Origin: Planktothrix sp. GU0601_MAG3
Lineage (GTDB): Bacteria > Cyanobacteriota > Cyanobacteriia > Cyanobacteriales > Microcoleaceae
Assembly (NCBI GenBank): GCA_035193785.1
Contig: CP136572.1
Coordinates: 352,001 to 416,000 of the forward strand
Length of the DNA: 64,000 nucleotides
Direction: 5' to 3'
A program made the position numbers and the translations under genes. Positions 36,234-47,776 of this stretch are shown one piece after another (position 1 is the first letter of the stretch; every line of letters begins with the position of its first letter). The notes under the pieces are model-generated. The model was not told the origin of the DNA. It was given only the letters and a program-made list of their open reading frames with translations, and searched no databases.

Positions 36234-37323
36234 CTACTTCAACCCCTGACGGGCTAATTTGGCATAGGTTTTAACCGTTTCATAGGGCATTTCTAAGTCC
36301 TCAGCAATCTCTTTTAACGATTCCCCAAACTCTTGACGAGCTAAAATTGTAGCCCTAGTTTCACAGACCTGCATTGCCCTTGTCCCTCCCGTGCGTTTTT
36401 GAGTTTGCATTAGGGTTTGGGTAATTTGTTCCACCCGTTGAGCAAATAATATCTCAACTGTTGTAGTTTCTAATAATTGTTGTTGCGTCCATCCTAACTG
36501 AGTTTGACCTAAACCAAAGGTAGTTTTATGTCCGGTTCCACAATAGGGCGCAAATTCACCTAATGCCGAGAATAATTGCACAAATTCCGGTTGATTATAG
36601 GCTTCTTCTGCTAATCTATATTCAATCGCACCCGTAAACCCAGTTACCGACCCTCTTTTACCCGCAGAAACTTTCAAAGATTGTAATTGATGACGCAAAA
36701 TTATCACATTTTCATCGACCCAATTTAAAAACATATCCTGGTCAAAAGACTGTTGAGAAAAATCATTCCAACGCCGCAAATAACTATGAAATACATTAAA
36801 GGGTAAGGGTAAAGGAAAATGATGTCCTTTGCGCCGAAAGCTCGTAGGAGAAATAAAACTTAAGGCTAAATTTTGGGTGATGGGAGTTTGAAATAACTGT
36901 TGATAGGTTGTGGGAGTTTGAGCGATTTTAATTTCTTTAATATTTAGTTGAACTTGTCGTAAGTTAACGGTTTTTGGTGGGGTTTTCAACCAGGTTTTTA
37001 ACCCATTAACCATTGCTTGAGATAAGGCACTAACTGACCATTGATAGGTTTGATTAGCATAAACTTGTAGTTGTTTTCCGGCCGTTTCCTATCTCTCCTT
37101 GTAACCCCGATAATGTAAAGGGTTTTTCTGATTGTCCATCATGCAAATATTGAGATAATTGGGGATCAATTTGACGGATTTGATCCAAAAACCAAGCATG
37201 AAGTCCAATCGTATATTGAGGAATTAATAAAGCATCGGTTTCAGGAACTAATTGAAAGGTCACGGCCACAAGTTCGGTGGTATCTGGAAAATTTAAAGGA
37301 GAAGATGATGTTTTTTTTGTCAT
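36234..37323 (-). CDS. cas6: Second Cas6 with a C-terminal HTH (frameshift near 37070)
   Basis: GLHAWFLDQ, EKPFTLS, SPTSFRRKG, YCGTGHKTTFGLG; HTH SLKEIAEDLEMPYETVKTY. Confidence 0.88.
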
Positions 37324-37417
37324 ATCAATTAGTTGAGAGAGTTTTGAAAAGTGAGAAGATGTTTATAGACAATTAGGGAGATGGAGATACTATAATTTAG
37401 CGATCGCAGTTAGTCTT

Positions 37418-38171
37418 TTACTCAGATAGAATGGGAGTCAATTGTTGTTCCACTTCATGAATATAGTCTGTTAATCCTGTATGAATACCTCTTTCTCGTA
37501 GAAGTCCCAGACTCGTCTCCTCCCAACATTGCTGCTGGCGTTCCATCTCTCCTCCTGTTAACTTTTCGAGAACAACTTTAGGATTTCTAATTCGATCAGG
37601 TTCATCAAATAACTTATATCGTAATCTGTGTGATTCTTTACAAGGATCAAAGGTCAATTTTTGTGTTATATCTTCTAAAATTTCTTCTTCCTGTTGATTC
37701 AAGGGAATAAACCCATTTAAAACCCATGCTTCCTGCGTTTCGGTCGGCTGTACCAATAACAATTTCTAATTGATCTTTATGTTCTGAACGCGCTTGCTTG
37801 ATATGTTCCTTTCGTTGCGGTTGATTGTCTAAATCACGAATAAAGATAACTGCTTTAATATCTCTATTTTGTTTATATTGTAGAAAGTTGATTAACTGCA
37901 TAACTTTACTAGCTGATTGACCATCCGTTTTTAATTTTCCATTGGATCTGATTTTGGGCAACTTAAATTGATCGGAAAGACGTTGAGTTATATCAACGAT
38001 ATCTGTCCAGCAAGAATTTTCTGTACCTGCTTCTAAACCACTCCATCGGAATAAATATTGAAGTTGTTCATCTTCTAACCATTTAATTTTCTCTACTAAA
38101 ATGCGCTCGGCTAATTTAGTAGCGGTTCGTGCGTCTGCGCTACTTTCTACAATCACAATAAATTCAGTCAT
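37418..38171 (-). CDS. TOPRIM-like putative nuclease (RloB/DUF4276/DUF4435-like), frameshift near 37740
   Basis: N-terminal IVIVESSAD, IRDLD (DxD) and EAW motifs; start overlaps the ATPase stop codon. Confidence 0.6.
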
Positions 38172-39306
38172 TGATTTCTCCTGTAACAACCCAATCTTCC
38201 CCTTCAGCATCCCAAAATTCCCCCGTTGTTAACGTTTTTTTTGCCCATTCTACATCAGGATGTTCATCCAATCTTTTACAACAAGTAAAACCTGAATTTG
38301 TGTTACTTAATATATGAACTTGAGAGGGAGTCAGTTCATCCACAATATAAGGAGAATGGGTTGAAAAAATAATTTGCAAATTATTGTTTGCTTGAATAAT
38401 TTCTTTAAAAACAGTCATTAATTCTCGTTGTGCTTTGGGGTGTAGTCCCTGTTCAATATCATCAAGTAACACTAAATTAGGTTGTTTGGGACTCATCAGA
38501 ACAGTCAATAATCCCAGAGTGAGCGTTGTTCCCTCACTAATAGCATGGGCTGGAATTCGTTCACCTGTATTCATATCTAGGACAACTTCTTGCCCCGCCA
38601 TTTCCTGACTTTCTTCGTATGAAATAGATTTTCCATCGACTTCGATTAAGCGTTGACGATTGACTTTAACCTTAGCTCGTCTAACACCTACCTCCCTAAC
38701 ACCGGGTACAATTCGTTTCAACATTTCTTGCAAGGATTGAAATTGATCTGGAGCTTCATTACGAAGATAATCTAAGGTTGGTGCTAACCCTGAACCATCG
38801 AACTCAACTCGCGGCATAATAGCATCACTATAAGCAGCTTTGGCAAGATTTGTGGCTACTAGCTTCAGGTGAACCGAGTATCTTAAGACTTGGGGTATGG
38901 GATCTTTAGCATTACTTAATGAGCTATCCCATCCTTTCACATTTCCCTGATTTTGATCAACCTTCCATGATGCTTTTGGAAACCAGGGAGGATTAACTCC
39001 TTGTTTCCACTGATAGGACGCTTCCCAGTTTCTTGGATTATGGTATCCCCAGAAACCACTTCCAATAACAGACATATTATTTTGACCAGTTGTTATCAGA
39101 AATTCAGGAGATCTTTCATACTTAAAAATATTGGCAAATGATGAATAATCATAACTAGCAAGCCGACTCAGATAATGTAATGCTTGCAAAACGGATGTTT
39201 TACCAGAACTATTCTGTCCTACGAGTGCGTGTAGGCGTGAATCATCGAAACTCAGTTGCGTTGAACGATGACTTTTGAAGTTATGAAGTTTTACCCTTTC
39301 TAGCAT
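38164..39306 (-). CDS. ABC-type ATPase (AAA_15/AAA_21)
   Basis: LHNFKS, Walker A GQNSSGKT, ISEGT signature, LLDDIEQGLHP, STHSPY. Confidence 0.88.
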   Translation of the reverse strand: MLERVKLHNFKSHRSTQLSFDDSRLHALVGQNSSGKTSVLQALHYLSRLASYDYSSFANIFKYERSPEFLITTGQNNMSVIGSGFWGYHNPRNWEASYQWKQGVNPPWFPKASWKVDQNQGNVKGWDSSLSNAKDPIPQVLRYSVHLKLVATNLAKAAYSDAIMPRVEFDGSGLAPTLDYLRNEAPDQFQSLQEMLKRIVPGVREVGVRRAKVKVNRQRLIEVDGKSISYEESQEMAGQEVVLDMNTGERIPAHAISEGTTLTLGLLTVLMSPKQPNLVLLDDIEQGLHPKAQRELMTVFKEIIQANNNLQIIFSTHSPYIVDELTPSQVHILSNTNSGFTCCKRLDEHPDVEWAKKTLTTGEFWDAEGEDWVVTGEIND

Positions 39307-39497
39307 TAGATTATGAACATTTTTGTATATAGTGTGATTATGGATTTTATCAGTTAGTTAAAAAAATTGCAACCTACCATTAAATATGATAAAATTCGCT
39401 TTAATTGTTCTGAGGAAGAATTGCAACTTTATCTTCCCGATGGTCAATTTTTTGTTAGCTATTAGGAAATATATTGTTTAAATACAAAGACAGCCGA

Positions 39498-41328
39498 TCA
39501 TTTTTTCCCTGTTCGATTATCTTGAAAAGATGTACCAATACCTTGTAAAAGACCCTTTCCAATTAAACCTAGTCCCCGACCAACAACATTGGTTAAAACA
39601 TAAACAATAGCACTTCCGACAAAGGAAATCGCCGCCCGCAGAGGGGGAGCAACTGCATCGCGGGTTTCTAATATTAATGTTACTGTTAAGGGAATTCCTG
39701 ATAACTTTTCTAACTCATCTCGGCGGGGAGAATAAATCACCTGTTTTTGAATTCCTCTTTCTCCTAAAACTAAGAGTAAATAAGAACTTTCAAAAATTGC
39801 TTTGGGTTTCAGCGACATATTGCTCCAGACGATATCGCCAGGACAAACTATTTCTAAATTTCTCAATTTCACGGGTTGATAATAAACGCCGATCATAAAA
39901 TTTTAGTTTGATTTCTTCATAATCTGAAAAATAATTTAGTAAAGGTTGAATGATCGCATTGGCGACTTGAATTAATAGATTTTGTAATAACGCTTCTGCA
40001 CGTTCCATTGCATCTAAACCTCCCGCCGGACAGGATAAATTATCAATTGTTAAGGGTCTACAAAATAATAAATGCTCAAATAAATCCTTAACTAGAGGGA
40101 TTTTATTTAAAATATTTTCTTGAATCAAATCAGCATCTTTTAATATAATTGTCACAATTTCTATATTTTGGTTATTCTTAGTAACAGTATAATATTTTCC
40201 AAAAAAATCGAAAGTTGCAGATTGCCAAAAGTCCGTAATTAAACTAGGTATTTTTTCAGCTAGTTGTTCATATTGAATGTCAGATAAGATTAATTCATCT
40301 AATAATATTTCTAATTGTTTTAGTAAAATATACAACAATTCTCGTTTTTTAGATAATCGTAGAATATCAATTTCTAAAGGCATTCCGGTTAGATTGATTA
40401 ATCCAGATTGCAATTTCATTACTGTTTTATCAAATAAAACTGATTTTAAATTATTGGCTACAATAGCTGAATTTTGATCGTCAATAGAGTTATTATTTAC
40501 AACTAAAGCACTGTTTAAATAATCTTTTTGAGATTCATAATTATCCGGGTTAAAATTAGTAAAATTATCCCTAGCTATAACAGTAGAATCCTCAAGAATT
40601 GGGGAGGTTTTATCCGATGAAAGTTTATCAATAATCCAACGGGCTGTTAACAGTTCTCGCCGTTTTCCAGTCAGAATTAACTTATTAATAATCGTAATAG
40701 TATCTTGTTGATTTAATTCTTCTAAATTCTGTTTGATTTCTTGATTAACTTCCGCGATCGCTTGCTCAATTTGTCGGAGTCCTGGTTGAACTAAAAAACC
40801 TCGAATTTTACCCAAAAATGATCCGGTTTTTAGAGATATAATTTCCGCAACTGGTTCTCGATTTAATGCAGCTAAAGATTCTAACCAATAGCGTTCTCCC
40901 GCCACCAACTGATGAATAATGATCACCAATTGCCTGACTGGAATCCCCTTATTACAATAACCATCCACACCAATTTTTTGGGCTGCTAGTAACAAATAGG
41001 GTTGTTTAACTGTAGTTAACAACAGAATCGAAATTTGAGGATATTGGATTTTTAACTGTTGGCAAAAATCCAAAACAGGGTGAGTTGTAACCGCCGGATT
41101 TTCCCTAAATTTTAACCCCAATTCCAAAATAATTAAATCAACGGGTTTCTGATCTTCTGAATTAATCTTAGTTTCATTTCCCGTTGCCAAAACTCTTAAT
41201 GCAGCCTCTAAACTTTCAACCTCTGCGACCACTTCTAAATCAGAAAATAGCCCTAATGCAGTTATTAACCCCATGCGAAAAATAGGGTCATCGTCAATAA
41301 TTAAAAGTCGTACAGCAGATGAGGTCAT
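39498..41328 (-). CDS. Receiver-domain plus DUF3685 (Ycf55-like) protein, frameshift near 39800
   Basis: LIIDDDPIFRMGL receiver; STREIEKFRN, PKAIFES and LETRDAVAP C-terminal motifs. Confidence 0.8.
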
Positions 41329-41334
41329 AAAACA

Positions 41335-41973
41335 TTAAATATCGGGTTTCGGATGGTGTTCTACTAAATCCACCAAAGTATTAATAATTCGATCCCGTTC
41401 CATCGGAATAATTTCCTTGCCTTGCAAAATCTCTTGCATGATCACATAATGGGCTAGGGTTCCAATGATTATCCGCGCCATGGCTTCGGGGTCACGAATA
41501 GCAATATAGCGCTGAGTTGTTAGATATTGTGTTAAAACTTCAATTCCCGGTTTTCCCAAATGATGTACAAAGGTTTTAGCTAACTCGGGAAATCGCCCCG
41601 ACTCCCCAATCACCAGACGCACAAAAGCTAAATGTTCCTGATCGTCGAGGGAATTATCTAAAATTGTATTGGCGATTTGCCGCACCACAACAGTCGGTTC
41701 AGCTTCCATCAATTCGGCTTGGTGGGACTCCACCATAATTTGATATTTTTTCTGGGCCAACCGCTTGACCAGGGCAATAAATAACCCTTCTTTGTCCCCA
41801 AAATGGTTATAAACCGTCGCCTTCGACACTCCCGCCGATGCAGCAACCCGATCCATACTGGTTCCCGCATAGCCATGCACCAAAAATTCTTGCAGCGCCC
41901 CCTCAAAAATTTGTTCGGCTTTCTCGCAAATACTATCCAAATGGGAGATTTCGGTCTGTTCTACTGCGTTCAT
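41335..41973 (-). CDS. TetR/AcrR-family regulator
   Basis: GYAGTSMDRVAASAGVSKATVYNHFGDKEGLF; ESGRFPELA. Confidence 0.9.
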   Translation of the reverse strand: MNAVEQTEISHLDSICEKAEQIFEGALQEFLVHGYAGTSMDRVAASAGVSKATVYNHFGDKEGLFIALVKRLAQKKYQIMVESHQAELMEAEPTVVVRQIANTILDNSLDDQEHLAFVRLVIGESGRFPELAKTFVHHLGKPGIEVLTQYLTTQRYIAIRDPEAMARIIIGTLAHYVIMQEILQGKEIIPMERDRIINTLVDLVEHHPKPDI

Positions 41974-42065
41974 AAAAAATACAGGGGAGATTTGTAAATG
42001 ACTGTGTTTTGAAACCACGAGAGGAAAATCGACTCAGGCTAATACATTCAATAGAAATTCCTCCT

Positions 42066-42508
42066 TTGACACTCCCTCGCCGTAAAACTGGGGGATTCTT
42101 GAGCTAACAACCGCCCTTTTTGGTTTCCCATACTTAGGTCTTACACTGTTATGTCCCATCCGAACTTGCTAGAAGATCACTTGTTATCTAGTGTCCTTTT
42201 TCTGGATGGCTCTCCAAGCGTTTTGGTATTTCAACCAAGATTCGGGTATGCCCTACCCTATCTATCTTGCGACAAAAGCTTTTCTAGTTATTCATTCACC
42301 AATGTCAACTGGTTACTGTCTTGTTTAAAGAGTATTCAGTGGCTCTTGCTTATTTGTTTTCTCCTCAAAAGTGCTGCCTTGTTTCAGCATAATTTTCACG
42401 ATGTGAGCGGGATTTCAACCTGAAAGCCTTTCCATTGTATCATAAAACCGTCCCCCATTTTCATGAGGGCAAGCCTGAAAGGACGGGGTTTTAAACCCAA
42501 AATTTTCG
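42066..42508 (-). mobile_element. Non-autonomous IS200/IS605-type miniature element (no ORF)
   Basis: Minus strand reads TTAT|CGAAAATTTTGGGTTTAAAACCCC at the left end and GAATCCCC...GGGAGTGTCAA at the right end. Confidence 0.7.
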
Positions 42509-42698
42509 ATAATTCCCTACATTGTAGTAATTTTAGTCGATAATCTCCCCTTGGCAATAATTAGAAAATTTTTTCTGGAATTTATTGACGGGTTTGTGTA
42601 GCAATCTTTGGTAAACAGTTATCCGTTATCAGTAAACAGTTATCAGTGTAAAAATTAATCGTTAAATGTTAATTTTAATTATACAAAAAACCAAAATT

Positions 42699-44202
42699 AT
42701 GAACAACTTTTTTGGACAACTCCGACAAAAACTGAGCAAACCTGTACTGTTTGGCCTATGTGGAGCAGTGGGTTGTTTAGGTGCGGCCACATTATTGGGT
42801 GAACCGCTATTACAATTAACAAAAATTTCCCCCAAAGTCGATCAATCTCCCTTAGCCATTGTGCTATTAATTGATACTTCTGGCAGTATGAATGACGATG
42901 GCAAACTCCGAGAAGTCAAAACCGCGGCTCAAGCCTTTGTGCAACGGCAAGATTTATCAGAAAATCGTTTGGCTGTATTTGGTTTTGGGAGTAATATTCA
43001 AGCTGCTGCCCGTTTAACCGATAATAAACCTACCTTAGAACAAGCGATCGCCCAAATTTCTGATGGGGGCGGGACAAACATGGATCAGGCTCTACTGGCT
43101 GCGACTCAAGAACTCCAGTCAACCTCACAACGGCGCAATATTCTGTTATTTACCGATGGACAACCGGGATATGCCGGAGCCAACCTCGACCGGGAAAAGG
43201 CAAAAACCTTAGAGGCCATGGGAATCGCCACATCCGAGGGTATTAACTTAGTTGCTGTGGCTACGGGGGATGCGGATACCAATTTTCTCGCTAAATTAAC
43301 GGGCGACCCTGACCGGGTTTTTTATGTCAACTCCGGTGACTTTGACCAAGCCTTTCGACAAGCCGAAAAAGCCATATATAGCAGTCAATTAGTCGAATCC
43401 GGCCCAACGGGAAATTATGGGGTTGTTTACTCCCTGCTGCGCATTGGCGGATGGACGGCACTTTTGGCTATTGGTACATCCCTAGCCTTAATTGCTGGCC
43501 AAAACTATTACCTCCGTCGCCGTCTCCTGACCCCCAAACAAGTGGGTATGGGTATTGTCGGGGGTTTAATGGCGGGACTGGTGGCCGGAGGAGTGGGTCA
43601 ACTATTGTTTATTCCCTTTGCTGGGATTCCGATTCTGGCCATTGGGGGCAGAATTATCGGTTGGGCAATTTTGGGCTCGGTGGTCGGGGGGGGAATGTCT
43701 TTCTTTGTTCCCAACTTGCAATGGGGGCGGGCGGTACAGGGCGGCGCCCTCGGTGGAAACGGCCGGAGCCCTTGGATTTCTGATTGTTTCGGCGGTATCG
43801 GGTGATTTAGTTGGGCGATTAATCGGGGCGGCAATTATTGGGTTTTTTATTGGTTTAATGATCGCTTTAATTGAACAATTCAGTCGGGAATCTTGGTTAA
43901 TTGTTTATTGGACACCGAACGAACAAACGAAGATCAATTTAGGAGCAGAACCAGTTTTATTAGGCAGTTCAGAAAATAACCATATTTACCTAAGAAAAAG
44001 TCAAGGATATCCCCCTATTACTGCCAAAATCTACACCGAAGGAGAAAAAATTATTATGGAATTTGACGAGGAAATGAAGGAAAGGGGGATGAAAATTCTC
44101 AAGCAAGAACTCCATGATGGAGAACAAAGAAAATTAGGAGATGTCACCCTAGAAGTTAGAACTACTAACAGTAATATCACCAAAGAATTAGCAGACTCTT
44201 AA
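42699..44202 (+). CDS. VWA-domain multi-pass membrane protein with an FHA-like C-terminal domain (frameshift near 43755)
   Basis: MIDAS LIDTSGSM, GGTNM, LFTDG; Gly-rich TM helices; soluble beta-rich tail. Confidence 0.75.
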
Positions 44203-44310
44203 ACTCTCACGCCCCGTTGTTGGGATGAGTGCCCCTCTTGGATCGCCAGATCATAATAATAGAGTTTTGAGGATCTGCGCCCAAGCGCAACAATCGGATT
44301 TTTTTATGAT

Positions 44311-44334
44311 ATACTAAACTAAACAGTTTAGTAT
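44311..44334. promoter_or_regulatory. Palindromic operator upstream of devB, candidate TetR site
   Basis: ATACTAAACT-AAAC-AGTTTAGTAT, perfect 10-bp arms. Confidence 0.65.
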
Positions 44335-44358
44335 GAAAATTGGGCGGGAGGAAAAATT

Positions 44359-45661
44359 ATGGTACGCCAAACAACAGTCGGTAAACTTTCATCCCCGAAA
44401 TTACCCCATGGGGGGATTTTAGTTGCTGTAACCACCCTAGCCATAAGTGGTTTAACAGCCTATACCTTCTGGCGGTATCGTCCCACTCCCGTCGAACCCG
44501 CAGCCCTACCGGAAACCATTGTCCAAGAGGCAAAAACCGTTACGGCGTTAGGTTGGTTAGAAACCCCAGGGAGAAATTATTAAACTATCCGCCCCCCAGT
44601 CCAACCAAGGGAGTCGGGTGGATCAATTATTGGTGAAAGAGGGTGACTTGGTGGAGGCGGGACAAGCGATCGCCATTTTGGATAGTCGAGAGCGGCTACA
44701 AGCGGCCCTAGAACAAGCTGAAACTGAAGTAGAAGTAGCCGTTGCCCGTTTAGAACAAGTTCAAGCCGGGGCGAAACGGGGGGATATTCAGGCTCAAAAA
44801 GCCCGATTTCAGGGCAACCAAGCGGAGTTAGATGGGCAAATTATCACCCAAAAAGCCACCATTGCCACCTTAGAAGCCCAACTGCGGGGGGAACGTAGCG
44901 CCCAAGAAGCTACCCTAGACCGAATTCAAGCGGAACTCAACAACGCCGAAACCAACTGTCAACGCTACGACAACCTATATCAAGATGGGGCCGTATCCGC
45001 CCAAGATCGGGATAGTCAATGTTTGCAGGCTGAAACCAGTCGCAAACGGTTACAGGAAGCCCAAGCCAACCTGAATGAAACCGTTAGCAGCCGCACGGAA
45101 CAAATTCGAGAGGCCCAAGCTAACCTGAGCCGCACCATCGCCACCGTTGACCAACAAATTGCTGAAGCGGAAGCTACCTTAACGGCCGTTAGCGAAGTCC
45201 GTCCAGTGGATGTACAGTTAGCTAAAAGTGAGTTAACTAAGGCTCAAGCCTCTGTTAAACAAGCTAAAGCTAATTTAGAACAGGCCTATGTGCGATCGCC
45301 CCAAGCCGGACGGGTGATCGAGGTGAATACCCACGCCGGAGAACTAATTTCTAATGAAGGTATTGTTGAATTGGGACAAACCGAACAAATGTATGCTGTT
45401 GCTGAAGTTTATGATAGTGATATTCCTAAAATCCATGCGGGACAAACAGCAACTATTACGGCGGATGCGCTACTCCAACCGTTAAAAGGTACTGTTGAAG
45501 AAGTTGGGTTAAGAGTCAAAAAACAAAGTGCTTTAGATATTGATCCGACCACAAATATTGATGCTAGAGTGATCGAAGTTAGAGTTAAATTAGATGATAT
45601 TTCTAGCAAAAAAGCCACGAGTTTAACTAATTTACAAGTTAAGGTCACAATCACTCAGTAA
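44359..45661 (+). CDS. devB: DevB-like HlyD membrane fusion protein (frameshift near 44565)
   Basis: VTALGWLE, LLVKEGD, long coiled coil, VAEVYDSDI, DARVIEV. Confidence 0.85.
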
Positions 45662-45692
45662 TTCATAATTCATAATTCACAACTCGTAATTT

Positions 45693-46870
45693 ATGATCGG
45701 ATTTATACGGAGATTAGTAAATAGAACACCGTTGGGATGGTTGCAATTAAGTCATGATAAAGCCCGGATGTTAGTGGCTTTATCAGGAATTGCCTTTGCG
45801 GATGTTTTGATTTTTATGCAATTGGGATTTCAAACAGCATTATATGATAGTAATACCAGATTGCATAATCATTTAGATGCGGATATTTTTATTATTAGTC
45901 CCCAAGCCAGAAATTTAGTGAATTTATCAACTTTACCCCGGCGGCGTTTATATCAAGCTATGGATGTTCCGGGGGTGAAATCCGCAGATGCCTTATATGT
46001 TAATTTTTCCGATTGGAAAAACCCAAAAACCGGGAAAAAAACGGCGATTTTAGTCATCGGATTTGATCCCAATCATTCGGCTTTCAATTTACCCGAAATT
46101 CAACAAAATTTAGACGTAATTAAACTCCCTGATCAGGTTTTATTTGATCGGTCTTCGAGGGGAGATTATCAAGAAGTTATTGCTAAAGTTGATCAAGGTG
46201 AAATTGTTAGTATACCGAATTAGAAAAACGCACCCTCAAAATTGCGGGATTATTTAACGTGGGGGCTTCCTTTGCGGCGGATGGAACATTAATTACCAGC
46301 GATCGCAATTTCTTACAATTATTTCCCCGAAGAAAACCAGGGGGAATTAGTGCTGGAATGGTTAAAGTTAAACCGGGTTATGATGTGCAAAAAGTAGCAA
46401 CAGACCTCCAAAATTATTTACCAAAAGATGTACAAGTTTTAACCAATGAACAATTTTTAGCCTTTGAAAAGGATTATTGGTCAAAGAATACTGCGATTGG
46501 ATTTGTGTTTAGTTTAGGGACAGCCATGGGGTTTGTGGTCGGGGTGATTATTGTTTATCAAGTTTTGGCGACAGATGTTGCTGACCATACCCCCGAATAT
46601 GCTACTTTCAAAGCCATGGGATTTAAAAATGCCTATTTATTAGGGATTGTTTTTGAAGAAGCAATTATTTTAGCAATTATGGGATTTATTCCGGGTGCTA
46701 CGATTTCTATGGGCTTATATAGTTTAACCAGACAAGCTACAAATTTACCTTTATATATGACCTTATTTCGAGCAGTTCAAGTGTTAATATTAACGGTGAT
46801 CATGTGTATGTTATCCGGTGCGATCGCCACTCGTAAATTACAAGCCGCCGATCCCGCCGATATCTTTTAG
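45693..46870 (+). CDS. devC: DevC-like ABC exporter permease (frameshift near 46212)
   Basis: TPLGWLQL, GIAFADVLIFMQLGF, EYATFKAMG, KLQAADPADIF. Confidence 0.88.
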
Positions 46871-46884
46871 TTAAAACGATAGAG

Positions 46885-47349
46885 CTAATCTTTATCCGTT
46901 AAAACTGACTCGGGGCCAGTAATTACAATACCATCAGGCTGAAAAACTTTCCAATCTTCTATATCGTAGGTATAAACCTGGAAAACTCCAGCGACCAAAG
47001 CTGTAGCAGCGTGTCTAGCATCGTGAATACGACGAGCCGTTAAACTTCTATTAGCAGCTATTTCCAACATTTTTAAGCCCACCTGAAAATTGGTATCTAA
47101 AACTGCTATTTTTGAAGGATTTTCAACTAATAAACGAACACAAACCTCAGCAAATTCAGGTGTTTGAGGAGGTTGAGCACCTACCCAAGTTAATGCCGCA
47201 TAAACTTCGCTCAAAACGCCAACAGATGTACAGGCATTTAACTCTCCTCGTCTGGCGGCTTCCACAATAACTCTGGCTTCTGTATGTCGATAATCGCTAC
47301 TACATAAAGCACCAATAAAAATTCCGGCATCTAAAAAAACAATTGTCAT
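46885..47349 (-). CDS. PIN-domain (VapC-like) toxin
   Basis: VFLDAG, LSEVY, IHDARHAATA, YTYDIED. Confidence 0.8.
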   Translation of the reverse strand: MTIVFLDAGIFIGALCSSDYRHTEARVIVEAARRGELNACTSVGVLSEVYAALTWVGAQPPQTPEFAEVCVRLLVENPSKIAVLDTNFQVGLKMLEIAANRSLTARRIHDARHAATALVAGVFQVYTYDIEDWKVFQPDGIVITGPESVLTDKD

Positions 47350-47350
47350 T

Positions 47351-47563
47351 TTAATTCTCGTAAATTGCTGCTTTCCAGCCTGAAGGAACGTAACCTTCCA
47401 CAATGGGTAAAGGCTTTAATTTTTGGCTAATTTCTAATACGATAATTTCCTGCTCAGATAACTGCACTGAGAGTGTTTTTTTCTCTTTCAGTAATTCCAG
47501 AAACTCCTGAATAGAAAAACATTGAATATTATTGATTGTTAAGATTTCGTTGACATTGCTCAT
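47351..47563 (-). CDS. Small putative antitoxin upstream of the PIN gene
   Basis: 70 aa, stop codon 1 bp before the PIN start. Confidence 0.6.
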   Translation of the reverse strand: MSNVNEILTINNIQCFSIQEFLELLKEKKTLSVQLSEQEIIVLEISQKLKPLPIVEGYVPSGWKAAIYEN

Positions 47564-47776
47564 TTTGATTTTTCCTAGCTTCCATAATATTCTATTATAA
47601 TGATGATATTGGTATCTAACAAGTATCTACCACTCATTCATTATCTTCGAGCCAAGGAACAAGAAAGCAAGAGGCTGAGAACGAAAAAAACACCGAGAAG
47701 TAATGTGCTGTACTTGGCCGATACCGTTGGATTTTCTCAGATATAACCTCTCAAAGTCATATTATATTTTTTAGAT

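Noticed and set aside
25401..37323. Programmed frameshifting or pseudogenisation of cas genes
   Set aside because: The same indel pattern affects housekeeping genes throughout the window, so sequencing error is the simpler explanation.
42151..42423. 90-aa ORF in the tetR-VWA interval
   Set aside because: Lies antisense within the miniature IS element and has no protein motifs.
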